A stretch of 64,000 nt of DNA from Lama guanicoe. Its lineage: Eukaryota. Made by a program: the position numbers and the translations under genes. The stretch covers positions 5,725,824 through 5,789,823 of the forward strand of contig MU054391.1 of assembly GCA_013239625.1 (NCBI GenBank), in the 5' to 3' direction. Shown here one piece after another: positions 49,020-62,429 of this stretch. A model generated the notes under the pieces. That model was not told where the DNA came from and did no database searches. It was given only the letters and a program-made list of their open reading frames with translations. The first letter of the stretch is position 1. Each line of letters begins with the position of its first letter.

Positions 49020-50000
49020 CAGGACTATTAATAGTTCAATTTTGGATGTAAGTTTGAGGCAGCTGCTGGACATCCAAGAACAACTGTCAAGTGCTTAGGT
49101 ATACAAGTCTTCAGTTGAGAGGAGAAGTCTGGGCTGGAGATATAAATGTGGCAGCTGTCAGCTTACAGTATAATCATCAAATCTAAAATGCCATTGTTTG
49201 TGCGATGCACTGTTAGGTACCCTCAAGAAAGAAAGAAAATCATGTTGCAAATTAGATTGTGATGTGCCATTGATTGTGAGATACATCCTGATTTCAAGGA
49301 CGTCAAAATATGGAGACGGGGGTGTGCATTGTGGAGGTGAAAACAGTAAAGTAGTAGATGGTATTTAAACCACAAGACCAGATGGCATCCCTGAGGAGTG
49401 AAGCCAGAGAAGAGGACTGAGAATTGAGCTTGGGGCCACTCTAGGGTTGAATTGTCTGGGATAAAAGAGGAACCAGCTGAGAAGTCTGAGGAACAGCTGA
49501 TGAGGTAGGAGGAAAGCCAAGAGAGTGAGGGGGGCATTATGGAAACTAAGGAACAAAGTGTCTTAAGAAGAGGGCAGTGATCATCTGTGAGAAATGCTGC
49601 CTCTGGGTCAGGAAGGAAGAGCCAAAAAGTGACCAGTGGAGCAGTGGGGAGCAAGTCTGGACAAGTCTCTCAAGACTTTTGCTGAAAAGAAGTACAAAGA
49701 AATTGCATTGTAGCTGGAGTCGAGGAGAGTTTTTTTTTTTTTTTTAAGTGGAATTCATGATGGTGTACTGCTAGGAGTGATACAGGAGAGACATTCTTGA
49801 CGGAGAAGTAGAAGTGAGTGATGATCTTTGAGTGGAGAGGGGTGGGATTGAGTGCACCAAGGGAGGAACTGGCTTTAGACGGGAGCTTGGCTAGTGCACT
49901 GGAAGAATCCGACCGAGGGCAGAGCGTGAGGCAGAGTTGCTGATGGATGGTTGCCTGCAGGGGCCTGTGGAAGTTTCTTAGGATTGCTTCAGTTTTCTCA
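49020..50000 (-). mobile_element. L2 fragment interrupted by a MER104-like element
   Basis: agttcaattttggatg..ggacatccaag..gggctggagatataaat, then insert, then agatggtatttaaacc..gaggtaggaggaaagccaagagagtg. Confidence 0.8.
49166..49348 (-). mobile_element. MER104-like Tc/mariner MITE
   Basis: catcaaatctaaaatgccattg..gccattgattgtgagatacatcctgatttc, reverse of the recalled MER104 consensus. Confidence 0.7.
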
Positions 50001-50699
50001 ATGAGTCTCTGCTTATCAGCCAGCTTTATCGTTGCCTAGTCTCTCGTGGGCTTGCCTGTCGGGAGGGGAAGTGCTTGACAGAAGACACAAGCATTATCCT
50101 GTCCCTGATTTTTTTGCTTCATTCTCTGAGTTTCTTTATTATGAGCTTTATGTCCTCATAATAAGATCAAGTTTCTTGGCCTGCATGGCTGAGAGCGTGG
50201 TTTTTTGATTGTGGTAGTTCCCCAAGGTGGTAATGTGGTCAGTTAATGAGGCCTTTAGGTGGCCAGCCAGCTGACCTTCCTTAGGGCCGCTCTGACCACC
50301 ATTTCAGCCACATGTGTGTGAAAAATTAAACAATGGTGAGAGATAGTCCCTGTCCAGCCTCAGTGTACCTGGGGTCATTATTGACACTTGATGTTTTTGT
50401 TAGTGTAGATTAGTGTAGATGCAAGAGCGCTGTTAGTTACAGGGAGAAGGAGGCCTGGTATGGCTGCTGCCTCCTCGCTCCCACTTGCGTGGAACCCCTC
50501 TCCGAGGAGCATTGCCGGGAGCTGCTGGGGAGCCCTGGCAGAAGTCAAGGTCTTTTGGTCTCAGGGACGGGGCAGACACAGGTGTCTAGAGTGATTTCTT
50601 TCCTGGTGTTTGTGATGCTCAGGAGTTGTTCAAGTTTGTGGAAATTAATTGTGTTGTCGTTTCCCATGCAATAATAATTTATATTATTTTACAAATTAG

Positions 50700-50853
50700 G
50701 TATTAGAAGATAATCCAAGTCATTCGGACTGCGATAGCGCCCCTGAGCTGCTGAGTGACTTCAGCTGTCCTTCTTTTGTTGAAAGTGGAGCAGAGTCTCA
50801 GCCTGATGGCCATGCTCGAAAGCCTTTCTCCATCGTCAAAGCACCACAATCAG
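50700..50853 (+). CDS. TAF1B: TAF1B coding exon 6 (VLEDNPSHSDCDSAPELLSDFSCPSFVESGAESQPDGHARKPFSIVKAPQS)
   Basis: ttag acceptor, gtaaaa donor, 154 nt, phase 0 to 1; Ser/acidic linker similar to recalled human VLEDNLSHSDWASEPELLSD. Confidence 0.93.
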
Positions 50854-51829
50854 GTAAAAATGAGAATCAGACTACCTAGAATTTTAAGGCTGGCAATGCC
50901 TCTTACAAATAATGTAGTCCACTCTTTTCATATTCCAAGAAAGGGAACTTGGCCTAGCAAGGAAGAACGACTTGTTGAATCATATGGCAAGGAGAAAGGT
51001 AAACTAAATGAAATCCTAGTGCAGTTTTTTAAAAGGTACATTGTCTCCATATGACTTTTTGGGTGTGGTTTTTCAAGGGAGATGTACAGTAAGGAGATTC
51101 AGAGAGAAGGAGGCTAGCTCAGTAAGGGCAGGTGTAATACGCTCAGAGTTTTCAGAGAAAAGCTGCAGCTGAGAAATGATAGAACTTAGCCCTGTGGTAA
51201 GACAGGCAAGAGTCAAAGATAATATGCCCAGTTTCTCAGCATAAACTAATGCAAGCTGATAAAAGCTTACCTTATTATGTGTGTATGTATGTATGTGTGT
51301 CTTACTTTCCGATTTAATTCCATAATTTAAAATAGATAAGGAATAGTTTAAAGGTTACAGGTATAGACCTTCTCCTCAAAGCATTTATTCATGATTTTAG
51401 TTGTTTCCATACTCCTTTAAAAAAACAAAACATGGTGGTAAACAGAGCTCAAAGAGCAGACCAAACTTTTATTATAGATTGCAAGAATCTGATGTGTGCT
51501 GTTAGAGTTCTTTGGGAGATAGCTTCCAAACCCTCTGGTGTTTGGGATTGTTGAAATCTGTGTCAAGTCTGGTTATATGAAATTTTCAACAAAACATTTC
51601 TTGTATGGACTGCTTCTTTGCAAGCGCCTTGCCCTCCAAAGATTAAAAATTCGTTTTATGAGCATATTCGCACTTCTTGTTGGACTGCACAGTGACACAG
51701 AGAGTTGTCTTGTTATTTGTTTGGTTTTCTATTTATTATTAATCTATGATTTATTACTAATGTATCTCCACACTGCCTCTCAGTTCTAAAAGTCTCCCAA
51801 TTCCGTAGATATTCTGTCAGTTTCATCTT

Positions 51830-52940
51830 CTGAAAGAGACTTTCTGGAGCTTCTGACCTGCTCTGGTGTAGAGTGGTGTATCTCTACCCCTGTGTCCCAG
51901 CTGTTTTGGGGATCTCTTTACCACCATCCTGAGGAGTCTGTCACCTCTCTTTTGTTAGATTTCTTACATCCTTGATCTCACTTCATCTTCTTTCTTGGTT
52001 TACTCCTTCATTGTGCTGGAGCATCTTTATTTCGCTGAGGATATTAATGTTCTTCCCTGCTGATTTGAAAATTTGTTTTAGCCTCTGCTTTTTATATTAC
52101 AGATTTCTTCAGGTGTTTAATGAGCCTAAGAAGGCTAGTCCTGTTTAAGAATGGAGATTGAAAAGTTTGATTGAAAGCTTTGTACCCATGGTGAATCTTC
52201 TCAGCTCTGCTCTACTAGAGGGTGATCTAGCTGGTTTTTCTTAGTGAACCTCCAGCATCTTTAAATCTTTTCTCCCTGAGCTGATCAAATTTTCCAGAAA
52301 AATCTCTGTGTCTTTTATTAGTAGAGTATAATCCTGGCTGTTCTGGGACCTGGGTGGGAAGAAGGCCTCAGGGGAGTAGGGAAATGGCTCAATATTCAAT
52401 ATGTAACTTTAACTTAATTCTCTTATTTTCAATAAAATGCCCCTACCATCAACTGTGTATGTGACTGACATGTCCTATTCCAGAGAACCCTTTGTTTTAC
52501 CATCTCTAGAGGAGAAATTTCCAATTTTGTACCAAGATTGGGGAGAAGCCGTCTTTGCGTGGAATTTGAGGAGGAGTCTGGGCATCTAATTTCTTAACCA
52601 GACTTTCAAGCAGTCCTCCTGGTGTTAGTCCTCCTTCACTCAATTTCCAGGGGTACCTGGTTTAACCAATTCCTGAGCCTTCCTTAGAGGTCCCCAGGGG
52701 AGAGTTAGGTTGATTTCTGGCTTTCCCTGTTGCTGGCTTTGAACCCAGCTTTCTTAGAACTGCTAAGACAATAATAATCACCTGTCCATTTGCTTTCCAG
52801 CTTTTAGAATTTTATTGCGGGTGTCTCCTTTTCCACATTGTTTGTTCTTGCATTTATATCTTTAAGAAATTTCTTTGTGATTGTAGTGGGACAGAACAGA
52901 GGCTCATGTATGTTTTCAGTCTGCCGTCTTAACTGCAAGT
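51830..52940 (-). mobile_element. Very old L1ME/HAL1-like fragment
   Basis: Shares degraded motifs with 29700-31250 (tttcttggtttac..; atgtatgttttcagtctgccgtcttaac). Confidence 0.5.
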
Positions 52941-53027
52941 CCCTACGTCTTGTTATTTATATAATACATATAGAATTTTTAAAATAATATTTTATTGAAA
53001 TCTGTGGGTTTGCATAGCCTTTTAAAA

Positions 53028-53175
53028 CAGCAGTCTTCAGACTTCAGCATCCATCAGAGTCGCCTGGAGGGCTTGTTAGACCACGGACTGCTAGGTGCAG
53101 GAGTTTGCATTTCTGATAAGTTCTTAGGCAACGCTAATACACCTGGTGCAGGGACTGTACTTTGAGAGCTACTGA
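53028..53175. mobile_element. MER5A MITE
   Basis: cagcatccatcagagtcgcctggagggcttgttag..ttgcatttctgataagttc..tactttgagagctactg. Confidence 0.8.
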
Positions 53176-53609
53176 TCTCATTGTGTAAATTGTTACACAC
53201 TGTTTCATTGCACAGAGTTACTTAATTAAATTTCCATTTCAGTCACTTAGGTTGTTTTCAGCTTTTTTCATATCACAGTGTTGCTACAGCATACCCTGAC
53301 CCTAAATCTTTGCATGTTTTAAAAATCATTTCATCAGGATGAAATCTTAGAAGTAGAACAGTTAGACCACTTGTCACCAAGTATTTATTGGACTCCTCCT
53401 CTGTGCTGGAGGCTGTTCTGAGTACCCGGGACGCAGTGGTGAGCAAGACTCTCTGTCTTCAGGGTGCTTAGATTGCAGTAGGAGGAGCTGGACATTAAAT
53501 GCACACTTGAAAAAGAAAAGTTCAGTTACCGATGAATGCTAGAAAGGATTTACAGGGTTTGGAAAGGGGATTTTGAGGGATAATTTGGAGAGTTGTTGCC
53601 CAAGAAAGC

Positions 53610-54690
53610 TTGCAGTCTCAGGGCCATTCCTAGTCCTGCTCTTCTGTCTACCCTCACTCCTGGCTTTAAGCACCAGCTCTATCCTGATGACTCTAAAACT
53701 CCTCTCTCTTGCCCAGCTCCCCTCTGAACTATAGGATTTTTATATCCAGCTGCCTACTCAACATTTCCATTTGTATGTTTAATAAAATCTTACATTTAAC
53801 ATGTGCAACTCTGATATCTTGATTTCTCTTGTCAAACCTGCTCTTTCGCCATCTTCCTTGTCTCATGAAATGACATCTCCATTCTCCTTGTTGCTCAAGC
53901 CCAAAACCTTAGAATCCTACTTTTCTTTTCTTTTTCTCATACTTCACATCCAATCCAGCAGCAAATTCTTTTGACTCTGCCTTCAAAATATGTCCAGAAT
54001 CCAGCCACTTGTCACCATCTGCAGTGCTGCCACTCCAGTACAAGTGCCCTTCATTGTGGAATAGTGGTCTCCTGTGTGCCCTCCCAGAACTCCATTCTTC
54101 ATTGCAGCCAGAGTAGCCTTTTAAAAAACATAAATGAGATCATGTTGCTCCTCTGTTCAAAACTCTCCAGCTGTTCTTATCATACTTAGAATAAAATCCA
54201 AAGTACAAACCATGACCGACAAAGCCCTTTAATAATACGGTTTCTTATTCTCACCTGTCGTCTCCTACCACCTTCCCTCCATCTGTGATGCTCTCGCCAC
54301 ACTGGCTTCCTTGCTGTTCCTTCAGGTTGACTCTGCTGATGCACTTGGTGTTCTTCCCCTGGTCCTCGAGACTTACTCTTTGAATTCATTCAGGTCTCTG
54401 CTCAGATGTCACCTTCCCAAAGAGGCTTCTCTGACCACCCATGTTAAATAGCACGTCTCTTCCCGTCCCATCATTTTGTATGCCCCTGTGTTGCTGTTTC
54501 TCTGTGTTGCACTTACAAATATCTGTTAATTGTATATATGTGTATGTATATAGGTTTATTTACTGGCTGTCTCCCATTACTAGTACACAAGTTTTAAGAG
54601 AGATGAGATATTGTACACTGTCATTTCCCCAGACCTAGAAGAGTGTCACAAAGAATGAGATGGATAAGTATTTGTGGAATGAATGAGTTG
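53610..54690 (+). mobile_element. L2 LINE fragment (~1.1 kb) with 3' end
   Basis: atatccagctgcctactcaacatttccatttg..ctctgccttcaaaatatgtccagaatc..ccacactggcttccttgctgttcc..tatttgtggaatgaatga. Confidence 0.88.
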
Positions 54691-55135
54691 AGGATGAAAT
54701 CACGCCCGGGGGGCGGGGGAGGATGCCTAGAGGATGGGAGTGGGACAGGCCGCCTTAGCCAGAGTTTGGAGAACATCTCAGAGAAGGTGTGAGTTGAGGT
54801 GTGACTCAAAGGAATTACACATTTTTGCTTTGCTTTGTAATCGTTTATCCTTTTATTTCTTTCAAAAATTGTTCCTGTTCACTATGAAAAATTCAAACGA
54901 CAAATCCCTCCTTGGAGTCTCAGCTCATCCCACTGCCACAAAGAACCAGCAGTGAGCTTTTTGGCCAGTTTTCTTCTAAATCATCATTGCTCTTTATTGC
55001 CAAATTGCTCTTTGTAAAGATTATATCAGTAACTTAAGATATTTAAAAATACCTCTTTGGATTTTGCTGTTTTTTTTCTTTTGTTAACCAAAATAGTTGT
55101 TTGCACTTAAAAAAAATCTCCATTTGTCCCTTAAG

Positions 55136-55292
55136 AAATGGCTTCTATCTGTTCTGGATCTCTTGATGGAGTTGAATATTCTCTACGAAAGGAGAAAGGG
55201 ATTGTGAAGATGTCTATGCCAAGGACGCTTGCTTTCTGCTATCTGTCCTTACTTTGGCAGAGAGAGACAGTTACTCTGTCAGATCTTTTGAG
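55136..55292 (+). CDS. TAF1B: TAF1B coding exon 7 ([53 protein letters not shown])
   Basis: ttaag acceptor, gtaagt donor, 157 nt, phase 1 to 2; conserved [18 protein letters not shown] motif. Confidence 0.95.
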
Positions 55293-55949
55293 GTAAGTGG
55301 GCCTCTCGTATGATGATGCTTCTGCTGATTATCTGTGTGAACTAGGGGACAGCCTTTGGGTATTTTGAATTTTACAAGGAGCCTTAAATTAAGGAAGGGA
55401 AAGATTGGGTGGTTGAGTTCTGACTCTGAAATTTAATATTCCCTGGTCTAATAATTCATCTCCTTGGTCTCCTTATTTACATAGTGGAAATAATACTCTT
55501 TATCTTACATGGGGTCTTATAAAATTAATTATCTAGTGTGAGCAAAATGCTTTGAAGATGAAAAGTGACATTTAAGTACCTGAGTAGTGTGAAGTATTTT
55601 TCATTTTTAAGCGAGAAGATGAACAGATGACCTTTATGTTGGCAAATGGTTATTAATAGTTACACACAAGCATGCATTGGTGTTGTTAAAGAGCTAAAAT
55701 ATAGAGTATGTTTATAAGGTAAAATTGAAAACAAAACTATTAGAAGAACCTATTATGTAGATAGCTTTTACAGTTTTCAAGATAATCTACAGGGTTTTAT
55801 AGTTAATGAATGAATTATGGTGTTGAATATAAGAATTTCTCATTAAATAGAAGATACGCCAAAGTCATTAATGTATTCATTTTTCCCTTGTCATACTATG
55901 TGTTCTAAATAGCAACATTTGGGTTTAATCACTGTGTGAAGTGATTTTT

Positions 55950-56170
55950 TAAGAGCACAAATTTAGAACCAGACTCCTGGGTTCCAATCCTGGCTCTGCC
56001 ATTATGTGTTATAGGACCTCTAGTGTAAGTTATTTAATTCCTCTCTGTCTCCGTTTCCTCATTAGTAAAATGAGGCTAAGGATAATATCTACCTCAGAGG
56101 GTTGAAACTACTTTCAATAATTAGTACTACACGGAAAGCACATGCATAATAAGAACTCAGTGCTAGTGAT
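55950..56170 (+). mobile_element. MIR SINE
   Basis: ccagactcctgggttccaatcctggctctgcc..ctctctgtctccgtttcctcattagtaaaatgagg..tctacctcagagggttg. Confidence 0.85.
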
Positions 56171-57509
56171 GATTGTTTTTGTCTTTTTCATCATCTTCAT
56201 CATCATTGACACTAGGCCTCTTGATTGAATAAAACACCTCGGTAAATGAGGATAGTGCCTTCGAATTTGGCCACATCAACCGAACAACAAGATGTGGTTA
56301 ACTCTACATGCAGATAGTCCATGATTCAGTAAATTTTACTGTTAAGTTAAAAACCTCCTCTTGTTCTGGATGCCCTCCCTGGGTGATGTCATCCTCTCCC
56401 AAGGCTCTAATTACCACCTATATGATGGTGACTCCTGAATCTATATTTCTAGCCCAGACTTGTCTGCTGAGGGCCAGCCCTGTGTATTCACATACACAGC
56501 TGCCTGCTGGACACTGCCACTCCATCATCTACCTCCGCCATCTAGCCCCTCCTCCATGTTTCCTCTCTTTGTAAATACCCTGTGCCCTGTTGCATCCCGT
56601 ACTAGGACTCACCCCTGCCTCCTTCCTCTCTCTACGTATAGTTAGTCATTATATCCTCTCAATTATCCTCCCAAAATAACTCAAAACCATTTTTCCCCAT
56701 TCCTTCTGTGTCTATCTTCACCTGGATTCTATCTTCACCTGAATTACTTAGCAACCTCCCAAGTGAGCCTTGTGCCACTCCTATCCATTTTCCTCCTGAT
56801 AACCAGAGGGAAATAATCTTACAGAAATAGCAGTCTAATCATGTCACTGGAGCTGGATAAAGGGGCTAGGTGTCCTACCCAGGGCAATCAATGAGGGGGT
56901 AATAAAACTCTCCTAGAAATCTAACAAGATGGAGAAAATAATATTTGCCCTAAATTCTTCTCAGGGAGAGTATGGTCTTTGGTTGGAAGGATGGGGATAA
57001 TATCCTACACATTTGTCTGTCTCTCTGTCTCTCCCCACTCTTTCTACTTCTCTCCTGCCCCTCTGTCTCTGTTCTTCCTTTCCTCCCTCTTTCCTCCCTT
57101 CCCCCTCCAAGGGGAATTCTAAAGTACCCTCAAGGAGATTAGATCTAGTTAGCTGGAGGGCTTTTATTTTGCTCTGTGGGACAAATTTGGGACTTGGAGC
57201 AATAGGAGAGAAGACTTCACCACTGATCCTCTTTCTCTGCTTTTCTTGGAAAAGCACTCTAAAAGAGTCATAGGTTCTCAAAGCGTGGTCCCCTGACCAG
57301 TAGTATCAGCATCACTTGGGAATTTGTTAGAAATGCAAATTCTTGGACCCATCTAACCTGAATCATAAGGTTACTGATCCCGCATGTCACTACCCTGTTT
57401 AAATCCTCTAGCAGCATCTGTGGGCCTTAGGATACATTCCTGAACCTTAAAATAGCCTTTAAAGTGCCTTGCCTACCTTGCGATAACAACAATAATAGAT
57501 AAAAATAGC

Positions 57510-58430
57510 CATCATGTATTCATTCCACAAATATTCACTGAATATCTGCTCTGTTTAGGTATTGTTCTGGAGTCTAGAACACAGTGAGACACAGTTGTGA
57601 ATCATATAAATCAAGTCCTTGCTCTCATGAAGTTTAAGGCTAGAGGAGGAAACAGATGAGCAAATACATAAATAAGTAAGAAATGATCAGACAGTGAAGT
57701 GCTGTTCAGAAGACTGGAACAGGATGATGTGATAGAGAATGACTCGATGGCTACTTTAGATTGGTTATCAGGGAAGGCCTCACTGAGAAAGTGGAATTTA
57801 AGCTGCACTTTGAATGAAAATAGAGCCAGCAGTTGAATATCAGAAGTACTAGCATTCCAGGGAGAGGGGGTGCCAGGCCCTGAAGCAAGAGCCAGCTCTG
57901 TATGATCAAGGAGCAGAGGAGGCCACTGTGATGGGAGTAAGTTGAAGGAGAAGTCAGAAGATGAGGGCAGGGAGATAATAAGGAAGAGCCAGAAATAGGT
58001 CTTTGTAAGCCAAGGGGGAGTTTGGATTTTTTTTTAGAAAACTGAGGTGTAATTCATACACAATTCACCCTTTTTAATTGTGCGATTCAGTGCTTTTCAG
58101 TGTATTCACAAGACTGTACAGCCATCACCTCTCTTGCCAGGACATACTCATCACGCCTAAACAAAACCCCATACCTATAGGGAGTTTGGCTGTCAGTGAT
58201 AGTAAGCCCGGAAGATTTTAGCAGGAGAGACGTGATCTGATTTATGTTTTCAAGATCGTTCAGGCGACTGTGAGGACAGTGGGTTCTAGGCAGACATGGG
58301 TGGGAGCAGGGGGCCAGGTGGTCTCTCCTGTACTTAAGACCAGAGATAGTGGCTTGGATTAGGGTGGTGGTGACAGAAGTGGAATGATGTGAAGGGGCTC
58401 AGGATATGTTTTGCAGGTAGACATGACATA
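57510..58430 (-). mobile_element. L2 fragment interrupted by L1
   Basis: tattcattccacaaatattcactgaatatctgct..atcagggaaggcctcactgagaa..gtgatctgatttatgttttcaagatc. Confidence 0.85.
58026..58179 (-). mobile_element. L1MA/MB-type 3' end with 10-bp TSD
   Basis: ctgaggtgtaattcatacacaattcaccc..cagtgtattcacaagactgtacagccatcacc; TSD gggagtttgg at 58016-58025 and 58180-58189. Confidence 0.85.
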
Positions 58431-60422
58431 ATTGTAATGCAGTGAGTGCTTCTTAAGTTACCTGTGATGAAGAACCAATTTGTTAACTTTCCAGCCTGTC
58501 ACAGATCGCAACTTTTGAAAAATACAATAAAATTATAAGTAGAGACAGTGTTTCCTGGGGATGTAGCTGGAGTAGTGGTCTGCTGGTTACGAGGGGCATG
58601 TGGAATGCTTTTAGTCTATCCCATGTCCTCTGTCAACTTCTGGATTGATCCAGAGACCCATCTGATCATCAGGAAAATAGATTGTTTAGAATTTTCATTC
58701 ATTGGCTATCTTTTGGGAAAGTATGTATTTTTCTAAAAGGAAATGCAAATTCAGAAAGAAAAAAAATACTTTGGGAAGAGATTAAAAGCAATGGTGAAAG
58801 TATAAACAGTGAAAATTGTTAAAACCCCAGATGCCCAAGACCTGCTCTGTGCAGACATCCTGTTTTCCCTGGGCAAGTTTCTTGTTCCTTCCTCCGCTCC
58901 TGCAGCCCTGTGTGTAGCCCTCCATGGGGGCACTGTGGCACTGCCGGTGCTGAGGCTTCCATGGCTGTTTGACCTGCTAGGGTCATGATGGGAACTCTTC
59001 AAGCCTTTCTTAGTCATCTCTAAACTCCCAACACCTCCCAGTGCTGAATCATCACATGGGAGTAATGACTAAATTATTAATACATAAACGTGGAAATGCT
59101 AGGTAGTTATAAAAATGATAAGCATGCAATACATCCTGTATATCAAATAATATTAAACCAAAAATGTACTTGCAAAATAATAGGAATACTGATTACTATG
59201 TACAATTACTTTCATATGAAATTTTTTTAGATAATGAAAACCTAGCTGGGGGAGGCTTTCCTCTTAGAGCTGTTGTAAAGAACCCTGTGTTATCAAGCTT
59301 CACAAAACACCATTTTTACATAAAATATTTACCTTAATTCTCAACATTGAGTAGACTAAAAAGTAAAAAAAAAAAATCACATTTACAATTTGAAATCGAA
59401 TTGAATCAATACTATTCTTTAAGTGCTAGAAAACTGAAAACCAGATGTCAGGCCAGCTCTCATAACAGCAGAGATTTCAAGGCAAAATATTTTGTGTACT
59501 TATTCTTATCTTTATCTTATTTTCCTTAACAATTTTCTTGTTTTAAAAATCTAATATACATATATTAGCACAAATATATATATATATAGCACAGATTGCA
59601 ATACCCCCATTCCTCATTCTCTGTTCTGTTTTTTTCCTTACCATTTTCTCTTACCTAACATTACTGTAGATTTCACTTGTTTTGTTTGGAATCTTTCTCT
59701 TACCTCCATGGGAAGAAGAATATTTTCCTGTCTTGTTCACTGCTGTACCCTCCAGCCTAGAATAGCGCTGGGTATATAGGACTCAATAACTTTCTGTTGA
59801 ATGAATGAATGAATTTTAAATAACTGTGTATATGTGGTTATTTATATATATGTGTTATTTTCTTCAAACTCAATAATTTACTCAAAATATTTGACCAGCT
59901 ACCGTGTACTGGACATTGAGATGGAGTGGTAAACAGATGTTCCTTTCCTTAATTGTTCTTCCAGTGACAAGCACCTGCCATGCGTTGTCGTAGGTACTGG
60001 GGACAGAATGATGGACAAGGGAGATACTCTAATAAGGAAGACAGGGATCTAGGAAGGTCTCCCTGAAGAAGTGATTTAAAAGATGAGTAGGAGCTAATCA
60101 CGTGAGGGAACTGGAATGGAAGGAAGGAACCACGTCTTTGAGCCTGGTGGCAAATCTAAGATAAACACACCTTTTAGAAATAGTTCACCTAGGCAGAGAC
60201 TTAAGAGATCATTAGATAATCAACCAAATGTTTTCTTCACACATGGATGCGGGAAATTATTGATATTTTCAGGTTAATTATCCTTAAAAATATTTAGGCT
60301 ATACAATATACTCAACTCATTCTTACCTTATCTTTGAAGTACAACATGTTTACCTCTTTTTTTCTACTTTGCTAAATCAATACGTATCTCTTACTGAAAA
60401 AACTTTCTTTTCAAAAATACAG

Positions 60423-60522
60423 ATTTGTTGAAGAGGAGTATATTCCTTACATACATGCTTTTCAACAATTTCCAGAAGAGATGAAATTATATGGGCGTGA
60501 CAAAGGAATCTTCGCTATAGAG
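60423..60522 (+). CDS. TAF1B: TAF1B coding exon 8 (RFVEEEYIPYIHAFQQFPEEMKLYGRDKGIFAIE); gene continues past the window
   Basis: cag acceptor, gtaagc donor, 100 nt, phase 2 to 0; similar to recalled human FVEEDHIPYINAFQHFPEQMKLYGRDRGIFGIE. Confidence 0.95.
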
Positions 60523-62429
60523 GTAAGCTATTTTCGTTTTTACTTTGTAGTCACTTACAAGACACAGTAGTAATATGACGATTTATATTCCTTTCCTGAC
60601 TTACTGCTTGGTGTTGGAGTTTTTAAAAATGTCATCTAGTTTTTGTTCTGTTCAAATGTGGAACATTAGTCATAATTTAATGAAGAGTAGAATTATTCTT
60701 TCTCATTTTCCTTATGTAGCTTCCTCTAATCCTTTAAGTTATTCTCAAAATACAGCTATAAGGTGAGGTGTGTGCATTGCAAATAGGTATGTTGTTGAGA
60801 TTGGTTTTTTTATCTTTTTAATGGCATCCCATGCTCAATGAGACAAGCCTGAATTTCCTAGGCGTACCTGGGACAATACTGATGGTGTCTTGAAACTGTC
60901 ACATAGGAGTTTTTTTTTTTAATAATTGATTTAAAAATCTGTATAATTCATTAATTAATAATTTTAAATTTAGCTGCTAAATGAGCCTTGTTTAAATGTT
61001 CTGCTGAAAGGAAAAGATATTTAGTTCAATAATTCTAAGTGTATATCTTTATAGTTTAGTTTTCCTACAGGGACCAAAGATGGAACTGTGCTACATTTTT
61101 GCATTAGTTATCAGCTTAGTCTTGGCTTATCTCTGTCTTTCCTCTCTCTCCCTCCCTTCTTTCCACCCTCTCCCTGCCCCTCCCTTTCCTTCTTCCCTTC
61201 TCTCTTTCTCTCACTTAACCTCCAGTGTATTCTGTGTCTTATATCCTGACTGACTGGGTTTTAACCTGATTTCTCAGAGCCGTTCATCAAATTATATTGA
61301 AATTTTTGCTTGGTTGAGGTTATTTGTACTTTTTGTTGATACCTAAGATTATTACTTTAACTCCCTAACCAAACTGTAAACTTCTCAAGAATAAACACCA
61401 GAATTTTATATAAAGTCACAGAATATCAAAACTGAAGGAAAATTTAGAGATCACTTAGTCCACTTTTCTTATTTTTCCAAAAAGGAAACAGGCCTAAGAA
61501 GAAATGTGACTTGGAAATAATAAACCTCTACTTCATTAGGGTTTTCATGAGGAGTATTTGAGATACGTTCAAAATGCAGACATATCACAGACATTGAAAT
61601 GGTAAAAGGCTCCCTTCCAGGCCCCAGGGTGGAAAACTTTTCCTCTAAAGTGGGAATTAAGAGGATAATCAAGCTGCCTGGAGAAAAAATTGCATCATTT
61701 TTAGAAAATAAAGTTTTTGTTTTAAAAGTCTGTTTTAAAAAAAGATAAAACCTGACAACCTTAAATGTGCCCATTTCTAAGTTTTCTCAAAGTAAGTTCT
61801 AGAAAGTCCGTGGATATGACTTACTTTTCATTATAGTATTTTATAATTTTGATTACCATAAATTCAGCTTCTTACAAGGGATGTTGCTTCCTGGGCTGGG
61901 TTTATATGCTTGGGATTGGTATCTGACCGTAATTTCCTTTTGAATTAGGAAATTTGGCTTCACTTTATGTATACTCAGACAGATACTCAAACTTCACTCA
62001 GTAAAAATAATTATTTAAAAAAATTTACTCTGTGTTTTTTCAGATAGTAATAGATCCAATTATTGCCACATGTTTAAATGACTGCAAGAATGACATATAA
62101 TGTACAGAATCAAGAGAGTGTTATTGTAATAGCCAATGTGGCTTACACTTCTCAGAAGCCTAGTTTAAGCCTTTAGTTAATATTTGCATTGCCCTTCTAT
62201 GAGCAGTGTGGTAAGAAGTCCCTGCAAGTATTATAGCCACATTTATTTCTGGTGATGTTTCAAGATTTCAGCCTGAAAAATTACATTCTCAATATTGTAT
62301 CAAATCTAAACTGCCCCTCCTAAGTTTTTATAATTTGAAACCTAAGTTTTATAAATTAAGAGGGGAAATGAGATATGTTTACTTGCTTGGTTTATTTTTG
62401 CTCTGAAACCATTCAAATACTAATTTTTA

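Noticed and set aside
50755..51054. 99-aa ORF overlapping exon 6
   Set aside because: Alternative frame running into the intron; no support.
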